This document shows positions 26,986 to 39,435 of a stretch of DNA of 64,000 nt, piece by piece. The position numbers and the translations under genes are program-made. The stretch is from Mobula hypostoma. Its lineage: Eukaryota. The stretch covers positions 72,418,001 through 72,482,000 of the forward strand of contig NC_086097.1 of the NCBI RefSeq assembly GCF_963921235.1, in the 5' to 3' direction. The notes under the pieces were generated by a model. That model had not been told where the DNA came from, did not search any database, and saw only the letters and a list, made by a program, of their open reading frames with translations. Position 1 is the stretch's first letter. Each line of letters starts with the position of its first letter.

Positions 26986-27172
26986 CTGATTTCAGCCTGT
27001 CAAAAAAAAGCTGAAAGCTCCCGAGTTCTTTTTAAACTTTGCGCCGTGTCACCAACAAACACCCTCTTGCACTGATTTTAGCCCGCCACAAGAAAACTGA
27101 AAACTCCCGAGTTGTTTTTAAACTTCGTGCTGTGTCGCCCACAAACGACTTCTCATACTGATTTCAGCCTGC
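26986..27172. repeat. 86-bp tandem repeat (about 2.2 units) at the 5' end of the CR1
   Basis: ctgattt(c/t)agcc starts at 26986, 27072 and 27158. The two full units share ctgaaa.ctcccgagtt.tttttaaactt. Confidence 0.9.
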
Positions 27173-29379
27173 AATAAAAAATAGATTAATGGTACTTTGT
27201 TATATTTTGCAAATGAGATCTATTCTAATGAAAGTCCTATAATTTGAATTGTTAATTCTGTTTCTTTTTCCACAGATATTGCCTGATCGGCTGAGTGCTT
27301 CCACAACTTAGTTTTAATTTTAACTTTCTTTATTGGTTAATTGTCCACTTACCAATTTGTAGACAATAACTGGAAAATTGTTACATTCTCTTCACAGAAG
27401 ATGTTTTGATACTGTTTGTAGGGAACCAGTAACCACTGATCCAAAGAGGATTCCAATTGCAAATCCAATATCTGCAGACAACCGGGAGAGTCTTGCTTCC
27501 TCAGGTTGCATGGCATTCAACATTCATTTTTGCACAAAAAATTATAGCCTTGTTTATTTTTTATCACCATAAGCTGATATTGAATGCTGGTGTGCACATA
27601 ATTAATGTATTTGATTATCTTTTTGTGTAATATGAACATAGCTTTTCATTTGGTTATATTTTATTGCACCATGTTCTCTGATACATTTTAGACCGTTCAT
27701 TAATCATCTCTGTTTAATATACTTTTCGTGCTCATTGCTTTGTAAATATTACTTTTGCACATTGGCATCATGGATTGATTGGTGCCTGGAACTCATTTCT
27801 CCGGATCTTCATCTTCAATACTTCTCATCTGATTTACAAATCTGGTAAGATATCCCTGCACAAAGTAGCTGCACAACCATAAATTGGGGGTTAATCATAC
27901 TGCTTTGCTTGTATTGGAGATGGTAGAATCAAATAATTGTAGTTTAAAATTATGTGTGCATTTAAAATTAGTAATAGAAGTATGCTATATTTTGCTGTAG
28001 CATTAGATTTTTGGAGTCAGAAAATTTGGTATTTTCATGAAAAGCTATTATAAATAGAAGAAGCATTCTCAGTGGACAACACAGATTTAATGCAAATTCC
28101 ACAATTGAAATGAGAAAATTAAACATTAATGGTCTTGTCAAAGTGCCCTCGATTCAACTGCACAGAGTTTAAATTGAAAATGAGAGCACCTGGTGATAAG
28201 TATGTTACATTTGTAATCAAATGCAAATGTAAAATGGCAGTAGGTGACAGATGACAGACACCAATCATGTCCCAGTGTTAGCATCCATTGTCATGTATTA
28301 ACTCCTGTATTTATGTGAAGTTGATTTTGTAAAAATATGTTACATGAAACTGGACAACAGACTTTGAATTACTTTTCATTATTGATAAAATGTTCCCAAA
28401 ATTATGTTCAGGCATCAGTTTGCATTTTCCAGTAATTGCTTTATCTTTCAAAAGGTATCATTTGGTTGTAGCTGTTGGGGAAAAAAAATGGTTGAACATT
28501 GAACTGCAATCTCTTATTCCTTGCACATTGTGTTAGATTTTCCTGTTTTCAATCCAAGTTGCATATAGCACATTTAAGGAATTAAAATATTGTTTAAGTT
28601 TGATTTTATTTAAAATGGTATACTGGATTTAAGCTATGATATAGTAAATGGTTTAAGTCAGACTGAAAGCTAAGTACAAAGATGAGTTTTAATTCAAGTA
28701 CTATCATGAATATGTTTTCTCCCAATGTTATGTGGCACAATGTGGTTGCATTATTGTTGCTAATCCAATGAAAAACTATAACACACACTTTCTGAAGAGT
28801 TGCAACTGAATAGTTAAATTGCTGCTCAGATTTTAACTTAAAGGATTCATTGAAGAGGACTTGCCTGAAATATCAAAAGTTTCTATGTATTTTATGCACT
28901 CTTGATAATCCCATTATGGATCTGTTAAATTACTGTAAGGTATTGTCTACTGTGGGGTATAATCTCTGCTGCAGTGCTAAATGGCCAACTACAGTCATTT
29001 GCATTTATTCGGTCAATGATAAACAAAATTCTCTGGTTGCAGCATATCTCGGCTTGTTCATTTTTGATTTGGTTCATCCAATTATTCTACCAGGTATTCC
29101 TGAATTTTTGTATTTCATTTACTGCAGATTCATTTAAGAATATTCATAGATTATAATAGCACATTTAATAGAAATTGAAAGTAGTTTTCACTCCATGACA
29201 AGATTATTTTTTGGAATCTAGTAGTTTTGTAAAATTAAACTGCTGGAAGTGTTTTAGTAGGTCAATCCCATTCATTATCAAGCAATATACTTTCTTGCCA
29301 CCTGGTTATTTGCAGTATTTTCTTCCCTCTGCAAACATTTGGTATTCATTGGTATTGCATGATTACGAATCTGCTGTAA

Positions 29380-32300
29380 GTTGTTGTGGCCCTCCGTTAC
29401 TTGGGGTTAACCATGGATGTTCCCTCCTAGCTGTTGACGTTGATATGTAAGCCAGTACTCAAGCCAAGGCAGTACAATTTGGAGAGCAAGCTTTTGCCCA
29501 TGCAGCAGGATCCCCGCTCTCCACGCAGCTGGTGAATCCAAAGGAACGGCAGAGGCCGATACAGTTTGGCACCAGCACTGTCGCAAGAGTTACCCATCAG
29601 TGTTGAACTCAACATTGGATCACCTTGGGGACTCCTGTTATGTTTTGTAACTTCAAAACATTAAACTAATTCAAAAGAAAACAGGAGAGCCAAGAGATGT
29701 GAGTTATATAACCCAGAATGAATTGTTTAAACAAACAAGAATGTTTAATCAAACAATATATTTACAATATCACTTACATAAATTAAATATACAACAGTCC
29801 TCCCTGCTGAGCTATAAACTCCAATTCAATAGTGATTACATCTCAACTATAAACACAGTACACTATATCATATAATATCAATCATCCACAGCATTGTAAA
29901 GTTTATATTGTCCCATTGAAGCTTAAGGGTTTAATTACTGTAGAGAATGTCTTACTCTTGTGGGATAACAACTTTCCTGACAAGGGGGTCACTCTGTTTG
30001 GCATGTGAGACTTGTGGCTGTGAAACAGCCTGACGTTCTCTGCCTCCATGGTGGTTTTAGGCGTTGACTCAGAGACTGCCAGAAATTATTCTGACAGCGG
30101 TACTCACCTTTCTTCTAGTTTGTTCATCTTCATCCTGGGAAGGTGTACTTAGTTCACGAGTATTCTCTTATTAATCCTTCTATTGCTCCTTTAATGATCT
30201 GATCTCTCCTTGATTTCCTCATTCACAATATCATGTGATGAATCCTCAGATTTTGTAAATCCATTGACTCCTTTCTTTTTGTCTTTCCATTCAACCAGCC
30301 AGACTTTGGTTTTGCCTCTATTTTTACAAGCAACTTTTTATCTCCCATTTGAAGTTCATTCAATATTCTTAATGCACACAGAGTAGATTCTGATTCTTTA
30401 TACTCTTAAAAACCCAAATGCTTGCAATTTTCCTGAAACTGCTTGAATTCTCTTCCAGTTCAATAGCAAACCACATTTCACAAGTAACTGCCTGATTAGC
30501 ATATCAGAAGCTTTCTTAGATCTGTTGCCCACAAAAACTATTGTACGTTTGTTGTTGGAGCATTGATTTTGTCACTTTCATGTCTCCTCAGAGCAACATG
30601 GTCCTTCCTTGGTTCAATATGCTTTACACGCAGAGGAACAGAGGTTGGCACCAACACCTGTTTGACCTCTGTTGGGCAATGGTTCATGGTGGACAGCATG
30701 GAGACAGTTGTGACATCATCCAGGAGCCTTTCTTAATTTGCTTTCCAATGGCTTCATTGCAGAGGATGTGGCATTCAAGTACTGGATGGATCTCTAAACA
30801 GCTAATTATGTCCCTAAAATGCTGGTCCTTCTGTTTTTTTGGGTTTTTTTGCCACAAGCAAGCCCAATGTGGTATGTTGATTGTTATATTTTAGTGTTAT
30901 CAATGTCATTCATACAGGAGTGATCTTTACTCCAGTATAAATTCTCAGTTGGATATCTACAGGCTTCAGTTTAGTATCTTTGAAATGCCGTTCAAACTTA
31001 TTTTGTGGAATGACTAAAACAGCTGAGCAAGTGTCCAATTCCACTTTAATTCATTTGTCATTCATCTCTGGCATAAGCCATACTGCTTGACTGTTGTTAG
31101 TTTTCACGTAGTAAATCTTAAGGCTACACAGTCCTGTGGCACTCTCATTCATAGCAGATTTTTCATCAACAGCATGCACTTAAAACTGCAACTTGACTTT
31201 TTTTTTATCTTTTTCTCTTTCATTTGAAGTCCATTTATTTTTGCCTGCCCAACATGCTGTTTGTATGTGTCTTACTTTGTTGCATTTTCTGCAAGTTTCG
31301 CTTTTAAATCTGCATTGGTCTGGTGTATGTGAGGTCCTGCCATAACAGTAACACGTTATTTTTCGGCCAGTTCAGTTTCTGTTCAGACATTGCAATTTTG
31401 TTCATGCTCACTTTCATTCCTGACTACAATTCAATTACGTGCCTGTCTGCTGTTTCCATTGATACATCAATTTCAACTGCTCTTTTAAATGCAAGTTGTG
31501 CTTCAGTAAGGAGTCATTTTTGAATTTTTTTTATTTTTGGAATTTTACAAGAAAGCAATCTCTCAGTGCCCTTAAGCCCTTCGTTGAACTGGCAATTCAG
31601 TCATGTTTGCTGAAATGGATTCCCCTTCCTTTTGATTCCACGTATGAAACCTAAAGTTTTCTGCAAGCAACAATGGTTTCAGTTCTAAATGTTCCTGCAT
31701 TACTTTCACGATATCAGCAAAATTTATTTCTGCCAGTTTGGTTGGAGTAGTCAATCTTCAAAGCAAACTGCCTTTAAACCCAATATATTCAGAAAAATTG
31801 GTACTTATTTCTCATTGCCCATTTCATTTGCTTCAAAATACTGTTCAATTTGCACAGAATATAAAATCCAGTTATCTGATGTACATCAAATGTGTCTACC
31901 TTTCTGATGTAGCCAGCCATTACTGCTCTTTCTATGATTATTATCACCTGGAACTCACTTTATGAACCTGCAAATTCTTCCGTTTTCTTCCTTTTTAAAA
32001 ATTTGACTATCCCTGCACATGCTGAGCTTTTTTTCTTAACTTGCTGTTCTTCGCTGTGCTTCAACAGGTTGGCAGCCATCTCGGGTTCATTAAAAAATCA
32101 CGTCATTGCCACTGTTATGTTTTCTAACTTCAAAACATTAAACTAATTCAAAGGAAAACAATATAGCCAAAGAATTGAGAGCCTTAGTTCATCCTTTACT
32201 TTAAGCAAGGCTCGCACATATTGCCTGATAGCATATGCGGTCCACATATTTATTCAAATAACCCGTAATGAATTACTAAAATGACAAGAATGCTTAATCA

Positions 32301-32715
32301 AACAATATATTTACAATATTACTCAAATATTACTGAAAAGTTAAAAAACACAACAATTCCAGCTCTGGGTTTTTCCTCGGGGTTTATTCCCAGAGCCTTC
32401 CCCATGAGTGGATATAGCTACCAGGCAGTGGAGGTTAGAAATCAGAGTTTTCATTCTCCTGGATGAGCTGCCAACCACTGCAATGAACCCCACCTGTTCT
32501 GAGCGGCTGGTTTTAAGGCACCAGTAACTCACCTTTGTCCCTTTTCCTGTCAGTGAAAACAGTTCTGCCGTTTTGAGTGCATAAGCCACAAGTGAGGGCC
32601 AGGAGCTGGACTTGGTTGTCAGAAACTAGTTGAGATGCATGCCATTGGGAGCAGTTAACAGGTAGTGAGAGCTTATCCTCACTACCTCCTCTAGCTGTGA
32701 TAACTTTAAGGAACC
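29380..32715 (-). mobile_element. RTE-related non-coding element split into 29380-29635 and 32356-32715 by the Gypsy insertion
   Basis: GC-rich halves rejoin across the TSD as ...ggggactcc|agctctgggttttt.... Contains the conserved ggcag...ggagaa.gaaaactctgatt motif on the minus strand. Confidence 0.65.
29636..32355 (-). mobile_element. Gypsy-type LTR retrotransposon, non-autonomous (gag and protease relics, pol missing)
   Basis: Two related LTRs at 29636-29796 and 32113-32355 (tgttatg...acaaca). TSD actcc/attcc with 1 mismatch. PBS-like gtggcaatgacg inside the 5' LTR and PPT-like agcagggaggac before the 3' LTR. Gag HLELKPLLLAENFRFHTWNQKEGESI, double knuckle CYCYGRTSHTPDQC..CRKCNKVRHIQTAC, protease-like VELDTCSAV. 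Confidence 0.92.
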
Positions 32716-33934
32716 TTTTGTAGGTAGTTTACTGATATCTAAGCAGTTAGCATACAGCTTGCCCGGTATTCTATGTTGACAGTGGACTTAAAACAAAATC
32801 AATTTGAAAATGTTCAAGTGGTGGACCAAATGAACTGAAAGATAGTTTTAAATTAATTCTTTTCTGTTTTTCTTTTTCTTTTGAACTTGGCTTATCAGTG
32901 CTTCTTTAAAAATTAATTTTTATTTTGATTTGTCTTTAGGCATGCAAAATTCCAATGTGGAATAGCCTACTATGTTTTATTTGTTTTCACCTCTGCATAT
33001 CTAGTGGCTTCACCTTAATTCCTTTGGTGATTGTGTTAGATTGTTTTCTTGATCAAGGTAAACCCTATAATAGTACAGTATAATAAAAGTAGAACATGCT
33101 GGAACTGCACAATAGTTAACAAGGAAGAGGAAATGGACTTAACAGTTCACTGAAGTTTTCTTGTAAAATGCATGTAGAGTTTGCCTGAAACCTAAAATGA
33201 TTTCCTCTATGGGGAATTAATACAACTGAAAAGCATTGACCTTAATACTTGGTCTGGATTTTACAATAAGCATATTGTTACATCAGTTACATCCTCAATG
33301 TATGCTTTGCTGATCCAAAGCCAAGATCATTGACTTGAAATGTCTCTCCACAGATACTGCCTGACCTGAGTGTTACTGCATTTTCTATTTTTATTACAAA
33401 TTTGTTAAAATTTATGCTCACTTATTACAACTGCTCTTATAAGCCTTAGTAATAAACATTTTACAATTGATTTTGCATACAGGAACTGCCCTTTCTGGTT
33501 TTATTTAAGACAGTAAGCTCATATCTACTGATTTTGTTATTTAAGTTAATGAGATTAGTGAAGCTAATAGTTAAAGCAACAATTAATTATTTAAGTTTTT
33601 GTTTATTCATTAACTTTATGTTGTATCTGAACTGTCTAACCAAATACATATGTTAATCTCAGCTGGTCTACTATATTCTAAAGCTATCTCCTATGTCACT
33701 CTTTGTCTGTCATAAATAGTTTTCAATTTGTTGTCTCAGTAACACATTATTGAGATTGACATTCTTTTTATTTTTAAATTCAACTTCCCTGATTACCATG
33801 AGACTTGACTGTGTGTCAGAACTATTAATCCAGGCCTTTGGATTACTACTCGATTAATATAACTACTATGCTACAGTATCTTTGTAGCAATTCAACCACC
33901 ATTAGTCTTTCAATTTTTTGCTCTGAGGCAGAGG

Positions 33935-34420
33935 GATCAGTGTGTCCTGTTCCAAAAAAGCTTGAAACAGGTACAACAAACAATTGAGAAAGCTAATGTT
34001 GTTTATTGCTTGGAAAATCAATACAAATGCTGTAGGATTATGCTTTTGTTACCGGGTGCTTGTGGCAATGCTATCCTTTCTTAAGAAAGGATGTTAATGC
34101 ATTGGAAGCTGCTCAGAGAAGGTTTACTGGATTAGTACCTAGGGTTATCCTTGCTGGAGTTTAGAAGAGTGGGAGGGAACTTGATAGAAACATTGGAGAT
34201 CCTGAGAAATCTTCGCTCTCAGTGACTTATAAATTTTGGAACTTTCTTTTACAACGGTCAGTGAAAACAGAATTCTTGAATAATTTTAAGGTGGATTTAT
34301 ATAATTTGTTAATAACCAAGCAGATGAAAACTAAAGTGAAACGCTGAGTTGAGATTACACTTGGATCGTATTAAATGGCAAAGCAGTCTTCAAGTGCTAA
34401 GTGTATGTATGTTTATATGA
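33935..34420 (+). mobile_element. Old CR1 3' fragment
   Basis: ttaagaaaggatgttaatgcattggaagctgctcagagaaggtttact encodes LRKDVNALEAAQRRFT, typical of the CR1 ORF2 C-terminus. Confidence 0.8.
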
Positions 34421-34554
34421 TACGTAATTTTTAAATCCCACAGTGGAAAGTGGAATACAGAGGATTCAAGAATCTTTGGTACAAGATTTGGATCAATTAC
34501 AACACAGATTCATTACATCATTAAAGAACTAATACTTTCAACCATTACAACTGT

Positions 34555-35075
34555 CTTGAAGATACAAGAATCTACAGATGCTGAAATTTGGTGGAAAATG
34601 TAATTTGCTAGAGGATATCAGTAGGCTGGACAATATCTGTTGGAGGAAAGAGATTGACAATGTTTTGGGTTGAAACCCTGCCTCAGGACTGAGAGTGGAG
34701 AGGCAAGATTGTCAGTATAGAGAGGAGACAAGTGACAAAAGGGATACTGAGGTAACTGGAGGACTGAGGAAAGGTGTAAGATGACAGGCAGGTAGTACCA
34801 GGTAGGGGATTTGAGTGGGTGGTGGGGCAGGGGGGTTAGAGTTGGAAGTCTGTGACAGATGAATAATAGATGGAGGGAGATCTCTCGGGAAAAATGAAAA
34901 AAGACAACAAATGGAGCTAAGTGCGGAGAGAGGAATATGAAGATGGGAAGCAGCTGCTGGAGGGAGAGAAGCAGACATGCAAAGATTCAGATAACACACA
35001 CAAAATGCTGGAAGAACTCAGCAGGCCAGGCAGCATTTATGGAATGAATCAACCGCTGAGACTCTTCATCAGGAC
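34555..35075 (-). mobile_element. Two Penelope-like tails in tandem with a purine-rich 3' UTR between them
   Basis: Reverse complements gtcctgaggcagggtttcaacccaaaacatt (~34660-34690) and gtcctgatgaagagtctcagc (~35055-35075), each followed by the gctgcctggcctgctgagttc-type tail. Confidence 0.8.
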
Positions 35076-35434
35076 AATTAGCAACCCTCGCCTTTCTGAA
35101 CATTTCGCAGTATCTGCGTACCTCTTTTCAAAAATGGTCTGCAAGCATGGGATGTAAAATGTTTTAAGGAATGCAAACTTTTGGGAAGATCATTCCCTTA
35201 TAAACTTCAAAATGCTGCAATCTATCTCAAATTATCTGTTAAATAAATGAACTTTCCAGCTATTGTGTTATTTGCAACTCTTTGAAATTGTTTCTCACCT
35301 GTTGCTAGTTTTCTTGTTTGGCAAGCCTGCAGGAGAAACAATTTCCTTGGTATGTGCTGTGAATGGTGTGCCTTGGGGAAATGCTGTCAAAATAATCCCT
35401 CAGAATGCTGTTGAGTACTCTAAATATCAAAAGG

Positions 35435-35650
35435 AAAACGTCCAATGCTGGAAATCTGAAATTAAAAGAGAAATTGTTGGAAACAGGTTAGATAGCGTCT
35501 ATGAGAAGAGAAAGTTAACATTTTTTTTAATGTTGGGACCTTTTGTCAGAAGTAGTATCCTGGAGCTGAAACATTTACAGTTTTCATCCACAGACTTTGT
35601 GTAATTATTGCCTGACCTGCAGAATTCTTTCAGTGCTCTCCATTGCTGAG
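35435..35650. repeat. Head-to-head inverted pair of decayed Penelope tails
   Basis: Minus-oriented tail (aatgctggaaatctgaa...gggaccttttgtcagaa) followed directly by a plus-oriented tail (ctgaaacattt...ccacaga...tgcctgacctgcaga). Confidence 0.6.
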
Positions 35651-35817
35651 TACTATTTATGTGTGACTCACATTTTATGGGTAAAAATATAAATATAATC
35701 GTAATTACCATCCTGGTAAGAGTGGTGGTATGAAATAGAAAAAAATGTACAAATGAGGCTGTATTGTTTAGTCAATAAGAAGGCTTAATAGCCTGCAAAA
35801 TCATTATTCAACATTAA

Positions 35818-36970
35818 GTCATAGTAACTCATAGTTATAGTCATACTTTATTGATCCCGGGGGAAATTGGTTTTCGTTACAGTTGCACCATAAATAATAA
35901 ATAGTAATAGAAATAGTAATAGTAATAGTCATGGAAATAATAAATAGTAATAGAAAAATAGTAATAAATAATTAAATAGTTATATGTAAATTATGCCAGT
36001 AAATTATGAAATAAGTCCAGGACCAGCCTATCGGCTCAGGGGGTCTGACCCTCCAATGGAGGAGTTGTAAAGTTTGATGGCCACAGGCAGGAATGACTTC
36101 CTATGACGCTCTGTGCTGCATCTCGGAGGAATGAGTCTCTGGCTGAATGTACTCCTGTGCCCACCCAGTACATTATGTAGTGGATGGGAGACATTGACCA
36201 AGATGGCATGCAACTTAGACAGCATCCTCTTTTCAGACACCACAGTGAGAGAGTTCAGTTCCATCCCCACAACATCACTGGCCTTACGAATGAGTTTGTT
36301 GATTCTGTTGGTGTCTGCTACCCTCAGCCTGCTGCTCCAGCACACAACAGCAAACATGATAGCACTGGCCACCACAGACTCATAGAACATCCTCAGCATC
36401 GTCTGGCAGATGTTAAAGGACCTCAGTCTCCTCAGGAAATAGAGGTGGTTCTGACCTTTCTTGTAGACAGCCTCAGTGTTCTTTGACCAGTCCAGTTTAT
36501 TGTCAATTCGTATTCCCAGGTATTTGTAATCCTCCACCATGTCCACACTGACGCCCTGGATGGAAACAGGGGTCACCGGTACCTTAGCTCTCCTCGGGTC
36601 TACCACCAGCTCCTTAGTCTTTTTCACATTAAGCTGCAGATAATTCTGCTCACACCATGTGACAAAGTTTCCTACCGTAGCCCTGTACTCAACCTCATCT
36701 CCCTTGCTGATGCATCCAATTATGGCAGAGTCATCCGAAAACTTCCGAAGATGACAAGACTCTGTGCAGTAGTTGAAGTCCGAGGTGTAAATGGTGAAGA
36801 GAAAGGGAGACAAGACAGTCCCCTGTGGAGCCCCAGTGCTGCTGATCGCTCTGGCGGACACACAGTGTTACAAGCACACGTATTGTGGTCTGCCAGTCAG
36901 GTAATCAAGCATCCATGATACCAGGGAAGCATCCACCTGCATCGCTGTCAGCTTCTCCCCCAGCAGAGCA
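35818..36970 (-). mobile_element. Young 5'-truncated Rex1/Babar-type LINE
   Basis: Long open RT C-terminal frame, then a 3' UTR with (tattac)n-like repeats, AATAAA and a (tatgac)n-like tail at ~35818-35850. Confidence 0.92.
36028..36970 (-). pseudogene. Truncated LINE reverse transcriptase (Rex1/Babar type)
   Basis: 277-aa ORF with TGAPQGTVLSPFLFTIYTSD, KFSDDSAI, LQLNVKKTKEL and YKYLGIRIDNKLDW. The frame continues upstream (WMLDYLTGRPQYV) through a single TAA near 36868. Confidence 0.9.
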
Positions 36971-37511
36971 GTTTACCAGCTTCATCCATATTTTCTAGCC
37001 TACTAAATGGTGCTGTCAGATTTTTAGGAATGTACTTTTGCTTTCTTCAACTAGGATTATAAAATTTCATTATGTAGTTATAAATTTCGTGCAAAAGACC
37101 TGGTATAATAAAAGCGCAATTCTTTTGTGTGTATGGAATCATCATTCTCACTCTTACAGAAGTCTATCAAAAAGGAACCTTTGAATTTATTCACAAGGAT
37201 TTTAAATATAAGTTTGAACAATTGGTTATCTACTGTTCCCTAATTATCATGACTTGTTTGCTCTTCATGTTAATTTATGCTTATCTGAGCAAAAGTCTTT
37301 GTGCATAATAACTGTATGTTTAAAATATGTGCAAATTGATGGAAAATTATGATTGAGTGTAATATTAAAAACCACTTTATGTAGTCACTTTGTCAAATTT
37401 ATATTGGAGTGACATAAAATCTGAGATTAGAAAACAAACTTAGAAGAAGCAATGTCCGGAGCTAGAATGCAGTTTATAGCATTTGCAGGATATCTGAAGT
37501 TAGGTTTTCCA

Positions 37512-37700
37512 AGAGACACAAAAAAACTACAGATGTGGGAATATGGAGCAGCAAACGTTCTACAGGAAGAAGTCAGCGGGTCAAGCAGCATCTGTGAGAG
37601 CGAGGGAACTGCTGCAGGGTCTTGACCCAAAACAATACACATTCCTTTCCTCCCACAGATACTGCTGGACCCACTGAATTCGTCCAGTAGATTGTAGGTT
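37512..37700. repeat. Inverted pair of Penelope tails forming a fold-back
   Basis: ctacaggaagaagtcagcgggtcaagcagcatctgtgagag is the imperfect reverse complement of ctcccacagatactgctggacccactgaattcgtccagtag. A decayed hammerhead ctgctgcagggtcttgacccaaaac lies between them. Confidence 0.75.
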
Positions 37701-38732
37701 TTCCCTGACATGTGCAAGGAGAATGGGAGCAGGATTATTTGGATAGAAAGGCAGAGTGGGAGTGAAGATTGTATCTGAAGTAAAAGTAGAGGAGCAAGAC
37801 CTGTGAAAGAGAACGGCAGAGATAAGGGTGGGAAATTGAATCAACCTATTTGTAAGAGCAGGACATGTGGTGGTAATTTTTCACTCTCCTTGGCTACAGT
37901 GTTCATCTGCAGGTTGCCCATTGTGGTATCCAAAAATCTGTACATCTTCACTTCTTATCCTTAAGACAATATGTAACTTGTTGCTCTATAAAAGCCTGGA
38001 AACTCCCCATATTTGGTGAGACCTACAGGAAAAACTTGCATCTAATACAAATATGCAACTACTGTTTGGCACCTCAAGGCAAATTCAAAGGTTAAAACTA
38101 TGCATTAATTGGATTCTGAACAGATGTATCTGACACCCTTTTCATCCTTTCCGTTTTAAACTCCACATTTGAAATGCAAAGAAATTGTGTTTCCACTGTA
38201 GTAGTAATGTAAGAGATTATGAACCAAAATATATGAAAATCAAAGTTACTAGTTGGATATTGATCAATATCAATATTGATATTGCTAGCAGAAATTCACT
38301 GCTGGCAGAGTGTGGCTACAGACTACTCTTCATGTAAGCTCTTCAAACATCTCCTAATTTATCATTGTGCCATTAAGTAATGAATTACTATTTTGGCGTT
38401 ATTGTAGACATAAAACAAATTATGTGTTCCAACATTCAAATTTCTTTGATATTTTTAGCAATACATTGAACTGATGCATTTTTTTGTTGCGCTATGCGAT
38501 AGGTTTGAAATGGAAAATCATTTGCTAAAGCCATTTGGCCCAGAGTGGGGCATATGGGAACTTTATTACAGTGTTCAGTGCCTGTAAGACAGCTGTAACA
38601 TAAGTTATTACTCTATTGCAGAACTTCATTATGATCTTCAGTGCATGTAAGACAAGTGATATGAATTAGCAGGCATTGTATGTTTGTCAAAGCTGTTGCA
38701 ATATTTAAATACTGTACATATACTGGCAGAAA

Positions 38733-39435
38733 AGTTCAAAGGAAATTTATTATCAAAGTACATATATGCCACTATACACAACCCTGAGATTCATTTTCTT
38801 GTGGGCATACTCAATAAATCCAATAACCCTAATAGAATCAAAGACAGTGCCAACTAGGCATTCAACTTAGTGCAAAAGACAACGTACTCTGCAAATACAA
38901 TAAGAAAGAAATAATAAGAAATAATTATCGAGAACATAAGATGAAGAATCTTTGAAAGTGAGTCCATAGGCTGTGGGAACAGTTCAGTGATGGGGTGAGT
39001 GAAGTTTATCCCCTTTGGTTCAAGAGTCTGATGGTCGATGAGATATAACTGTTTCTGAACTTGGTGGTGTGAGTCATGAGGCTCCTGTATCATCTTCTTG
39101 ATGGCTGCAGCGAGAAGGAAGCATGACCTGGGTGGTGGGGGTCTCTGATGATGGATGCTTCTTTCCTGGGACAATGCACCATGTAGATGTGCTCAATGGT
39201 AGTGAGGGCTTTACCCATGATGGACTGGGCCATATCCACTACTTTTTGTCGTATTTTCCATTCAAAGGCATTGGTGTTTCCATACCAGGCTGTGATGCAG
39301 CCAGTCACTATACTCTCTACCACACATCCATAGGTTTATCAAAGTTTTAGATGTTATACTGAATCTTTGCAGACTCGTAAGGAATTAGAGGCGCTGGTGG
39401 GTTTTCTTCATAATGGCACTTGTTTACTGGATCCA
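38733..39435 (-). mobile_element. Rex1/Babar-type LINE 3' fragment
   Basis: Minus ORF VESIVTGCITAWYGN...EASIIRDPHHPGHASFS, same family as 14624-15300. Tail ...gataataaatttcctttgaactt. Confidence 0.88.

Larger units (their letters stand above)
23062..27175 (-). mobile_element. Near full-length, internally deleted CR1 LINE (5' UTR array, ORF1 with esterase domain, APE endonuclease, RT, 3' tail)
   Basis: Minus peptides HDLYKKDRLHLSPRGTNIL (ORF1 SGNH-like), IQNKVDDLMAQ..LKEGHRWELNVQGY (APE), LKVDKSPGMDGQHPRVLK (RT tether). 3' tail (atcttatg)n at ~23062. Confidence 0.9.

Noticed and set aside
26986..27172. Regularly spaced repeats as a CRISPR-like array
   Set aside because: Whole 86-bp units are duplicated with no unique spacers, the context is eukaryotic, and there are no cas genes.
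27422..27504. Possible plus-strand exon (tttgtag|G EPVTTDPKRIPIANPISADNRESLASS|gttgca)
   Set aside because: The donor is weak, I do not recognise the peptide, and I found no partner exons. It needs RNA-seq or TBLASTN support.
32520..32715. HDV-like ribozyme at the 5' end of the RTE-related element (also sought at 15780-16010)
   Set aside because: I could not build the nested double pseudoknot by eye. A descriptor search on the family consensus would be needed.
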